Shown one piece after another: positions 60,661-64,000 of a DNA stretch of 64,000 bases. The notes beneath the pieces were generated by a model. The model did not search any database. It saw only the letters and a program-made list of their open reading frames with translations, and was not told where the DNA came from. Positions within the stretch are counted from its first letter, which is position 1. The number at the start of each line of letters is the position of its first letter. This DNA is from the human T2T-CHM13v2.0 reference genome, Homo sapiens: assembly GCF_009914755.1 (NCBI RefSeq), contig NC_060940.1, one strand, 5' to 3'. A program made the translations under genes and the position numbers.

Positions 60661-63600
60661 TGATTGGATTCGATTCCATTTGATGATTTCATTTGATTCC
60701 ATTCGTTAATGATTTCGATCAATTCCATTCGATGATTCCATTCGATTCCATTCGATAATGATTACATCCGAGTCCATTCGATGATTCCCTTTGAGCCTGT
60801 TCGATAATTCCATTTGAGTCCAACCAATGATTCCATTCATTTCCATTCAATGATTCCATTCGAGTCCATTTGATCATTCCGGTAGGGTCCATTCGATGTT
60901 GATTCCATTGGAGTGCATTCGATGATTCCATTCGAGTCCATTTTAGGATTTGATTCGAGTCCTTTCGACGATTCCATTCGATTCCACTCGATGATGATTT
61001 CATTCGAGTCCATTCGACACTTCCAATCGATTCCATTTGATGATTCCATTCGAGTCCAATTGATGATTCCATTCAATTCCATTCGATGATGATTCCGTAC
61101 GATTCCATTCTGTGATGATTCCATGTGATTGCATTCAATGATGATTCCTTTCGATTGCATTCGATTATGATTCATTTCGTGTTCATTCTATGGTTCCACA
61201 GGTTTCCATTCGTGTCCATTCCATTATTCCATTCTATTCCATTTGATGATGATTCCATTCGATTCCATTCATTGGTGATTCCACTCAATTCCATTCAATG
61301 ATTCCATTCCATTTCTTTCAACAATGATTCCATTAGTTTCTAATCGATGATCCACTTGATTCCATTTGACGACGATTCCATTCTTGTCCATTCGATGATT
61401 CCATTTGATTCCATATGATGATGATTCCATTCGATTCCATACCATGATGATTCCATTCGAGTCCATTCAATGGTGATTCCATTCAATTCCATTCGATGAT
61501 TCCTTTTGATTCCATTCGATGATGATGGCATTCGATTCCTTTCAATCATTCCCTTTGATTCCATTCAAAGGTGATTTCATTCAAGTCCATTCGATAATTG
61601 CATTCGATTCCATTCTATGATGATTCCATTCGAGTCCATTTGATGATTCCATTCAATTCAAGTCAATGATGATTCCATTCGATTCCATTCGATGATTCCA
61701 TTGGATTCCATTCGATGATGATTCCATTCAAATCCATTCGATAATTCAATTCAAGTCCATTCGATGATGATTCCAATCGAATCCATTCAAAGATTCCATT
61801 CAGTTCCATTCGATGATTCCCTTAGATTCCATTCGATGATTCCACTTGATTGCATTTACGATGATTCCATTCGATTCCATGTGATGATTCCATTCAATTC
61901 TATTCAATGATGTCTCCATTTGATTCCATTCGACCATGATTGCCTTTGATTCCATTCAATGATTCCATTCGGTTCCGTTTGATGATGATTCCGTTCGATT
62001 CCATTTGATGATTCCATTTGATTCCATTGGATGAGTCCATTCGATTACATTCGATGATTATTCCATTCGAGTGCATTAGATGATTCCATTCGAGTCCATT
62101 CGATGATTCCATTCGATTCCATTCGATGTTGATTCTGTTCAAATCCATTCGATGATTCCACTCGATTCCATTCGTTGACTCCATTTGATCCCATTCGATG
62201 ATTTCCTTTGATTCCCTTTGATGATCATTCCATTTGATTCAATTCGGTGATTTCATTTGATTCCATTCAGTGATGTTTCCATTCGACTCCATTCGATGAT
62301 GATTCCATTCGACTCCATTCGATTATGATTTCATTCAATTCCATTCGATAATGATTCCCTTCGAGTCCATTCGATGATTCCATTCGATTCCATTCAACGA
62401 TGATTTGATTCGTGTCCATTCGATGATTCCATTTGATTCCACTTGATGATGATTCCATTCGAGTCCATTTGATGATTCCATTCAATTCCATACTCCGATG
62501 ATTTCTTTTGAGCCCACTCAATGCTTCCACTCGATTCCATATGATGATGACTCCATTCGATGAAATTCGATGATGATTCCATTCGCTTGCTTTCGATGAT
62601 GATTCCACTTGAGTCCGTTAGAAGATTCTATTCAATTACATTCCAGGACGATTCCGTTCGAGTCCATTTGATGATTCCATTAGACTCCATTCGACGATGA
62701 TTCCATTCGATGTTATTCGATGATTCCATTCGATCTCATTCGATGATGATTCCATTCAACTCCATTCGATGTTTCCATTCGAGTTCATTCTATTATTCCA
62801 TTAGATTCCATTCGATGATGATTCCATTCGATTCCATTTGATGATTGCATTCTATTTCATTTGATGATGATTCCATTCGAGTCCACTCGATGATTCCATT
62901 CGAGTCCATTTAATGAATCCATTGGTTTCAATTCTATGATGATTACATTGGATTCCATTCGTTGATGATTTCATTCGGTTCCATTCAATGATGATTCCAT
63001 TCAATTCCTTTCAATGTTTCCATTCAATTCCATACGATGATGATTCCATTTGATTTGATTCGACAGTGAGCCATTCGATTCAATTCCATGATGATTCTAT
63101 TTGATTCAATTGGTTGACATTTCCATTCGATTCCATTCGATGATGATTCCCTTTGATTCCGTTCCAAGATGATTCCATTCTAGCCCATTCAATCATTCCA
63201 TTCGATTCTATTCAATGATGATTCCATTCATGTCGATTTGGTGATTCCATTTGACTTCATTTGATGATGATTCCTTTCAAGTTCATTAGATGATTCCATT
63301 CGATTCCATTTGATGATGATCCCATTCGAGTCCATTCAGTGATTCCATTCGTTTCCATTCCATGATGATTCCATTCCTTTCCATTCAATGATTCCATTCG
63401 ATTCCGTTTGATGATGATTTCATTCGAGTCCATTTGATGATTCCATTTGATTCCATTCGATGATGATTCCATTCGAGTCCATTCGATGATTCTATTCGAA
63501 TCCATTTGATGATTTCTTTTGATTATATTTGGTGATGATTCCATTGGAGTCCATTCAATGATTCCATTCTATTCCAATCGATGATGATTCCATTAGAGTC

Positions 63601-64000
63601 CATTTAATGATTCCATTTGATTCCAGTCTCTGATGATTACATTCGAGTCCATACGATGATTCCACTCAATTCCATATGATGATGATTCCATTTGATTCCA
63701 TTCGGTGATTCCATTCTATTCTATTCAATGGTGATTCCATTCGAGTACATTAGATGATTCCATTCGATTCCATTCAATGATGATTCTATTTGTGTCCCTT
63801 AGATGATTCCACATGATTCCATTAGATGATGATACTATTTGAGCCCATCCAATGATTCCCTTCGATTCCATTCGATGAGGATTCCATTCGATTCAATTCA
63901 TTGGTGATTCTATTCAATTCAATTCTTTGATTCCATTCCATTCCATTCGACAATGATTCCATTCGATTTCTTTCGATGATTCCACTCGATTCCACTTGAC
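60661..64000 (+). repeat. Unit U13: partial, truncated by the window end (counterpart of U8)
   Basis: Landmark at 60661; shares CCTTTCGACGATT with U8 (~32940 and ~60967). Confidence 0.9.

Larger units (their letters stand above)
1..64000 (+). repeat. Human satellite II (HSat2/HSATII) tandem array, CATTC strand on +; probably the HSat2B (chr16q11.2-type) subfamily
   Basis: Continuous diverged ATTCCATTCG-ATTCCATTCG-ATG(ATG) monomers with dense TCGA and GANTC sites, the classical sat II signature. Sat III would instead show long pure (CATTC)n runs. The dominant period is 6109-6112 bp, matching the published ~6.1-kb HSat2B unit rather than the 1.77-kb HSat2A unit. Family confidence is high; the chromosome is inferred. 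Confidence 0.97.
9509..64000 (+). repeat. ~28-kb tandem super-duplication: block A ~9.5-37.8 kb, block B ~37.8 kb to the window end
   Basis: Unit-specific variants pair up at offsets of 28331 (U2 end/U8 end, U3/U9, U4/U10), 24744 (U6/U11, U7/U12) and 28027 (U8/U13). The offset changes equal the extra U5 (3587) and the U7 deletion (3283). Confidence 0.8.

Noticed and set aside
187-63544. Numerous minus-strand ORFs (60-139 aa) rich in MESSNGIEWNH-like motifs
   Set aside because: They are direct translations of the GAATG satellite strand, which is rich in ATG and poor in stops, while the + strand is full of TGA. They overlap in several frames, recur with each unit, are broken by 1-bp indels and show no recognisable domain.
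1-64000. CRISPR-like array (23-26-bp periodic repeats)
   Set aside because: There are no unique spacers between invariant repeats, no leader and no cas genes; monomers are contiguous and degenerate.
1-64000. HSat3, alpha satellite or telomeric repeat
   Set aside because: Pure CATTC runs are at most about three copies, CATTCGATTC and GATGAT dominate, and there is no 171-bp monomer or TTAGGG tract.
1-64000. Embedded Alu/L1/ERV or other non-satellite insertion
   Set aside because: No non-satellite stretch was seen, and all unit-length differences are accounted for by internal deletions and small indels.

Overview
The whole 64 kb window is one uninterrupted, single-orientation array of human-type classical satellite II (HSat2), with the CATTC/CATTCGATTC strand on +. 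It is built from diverged 23/26-bp monomers, (ATTCCATTCG)2 plus one or two ATG, organised into a ~6.11-kb higher-order unit. That length matches the HSat2B subfamily described for 16q11.2 heterochromatin; this assignment comes from prior knowledge, not a search. Using the once-per-unit landmark TGATTGGATTC, I count 12 complete units and one partial unit (U1-U13) of 4278, 6111, 6112, 3584, 3587, 6112, 2826, 6110, 6112, 3584, 6112, 6109 and >3340 bp. I see no genes, RNA genes, transposons or CRISPR arrays, and the minus-strand ORFs are satellite translation artefacts. I found no new gene-encoded system. The interest lies in the array architecture: three deletion classes with readable junctions and clustered breakpoints, a ~28-kb tandem super-duplication, an older two-unit alternation, mosaic (conversion-like) variant patterns and a diverged first unit. 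All alignments were done by eye.
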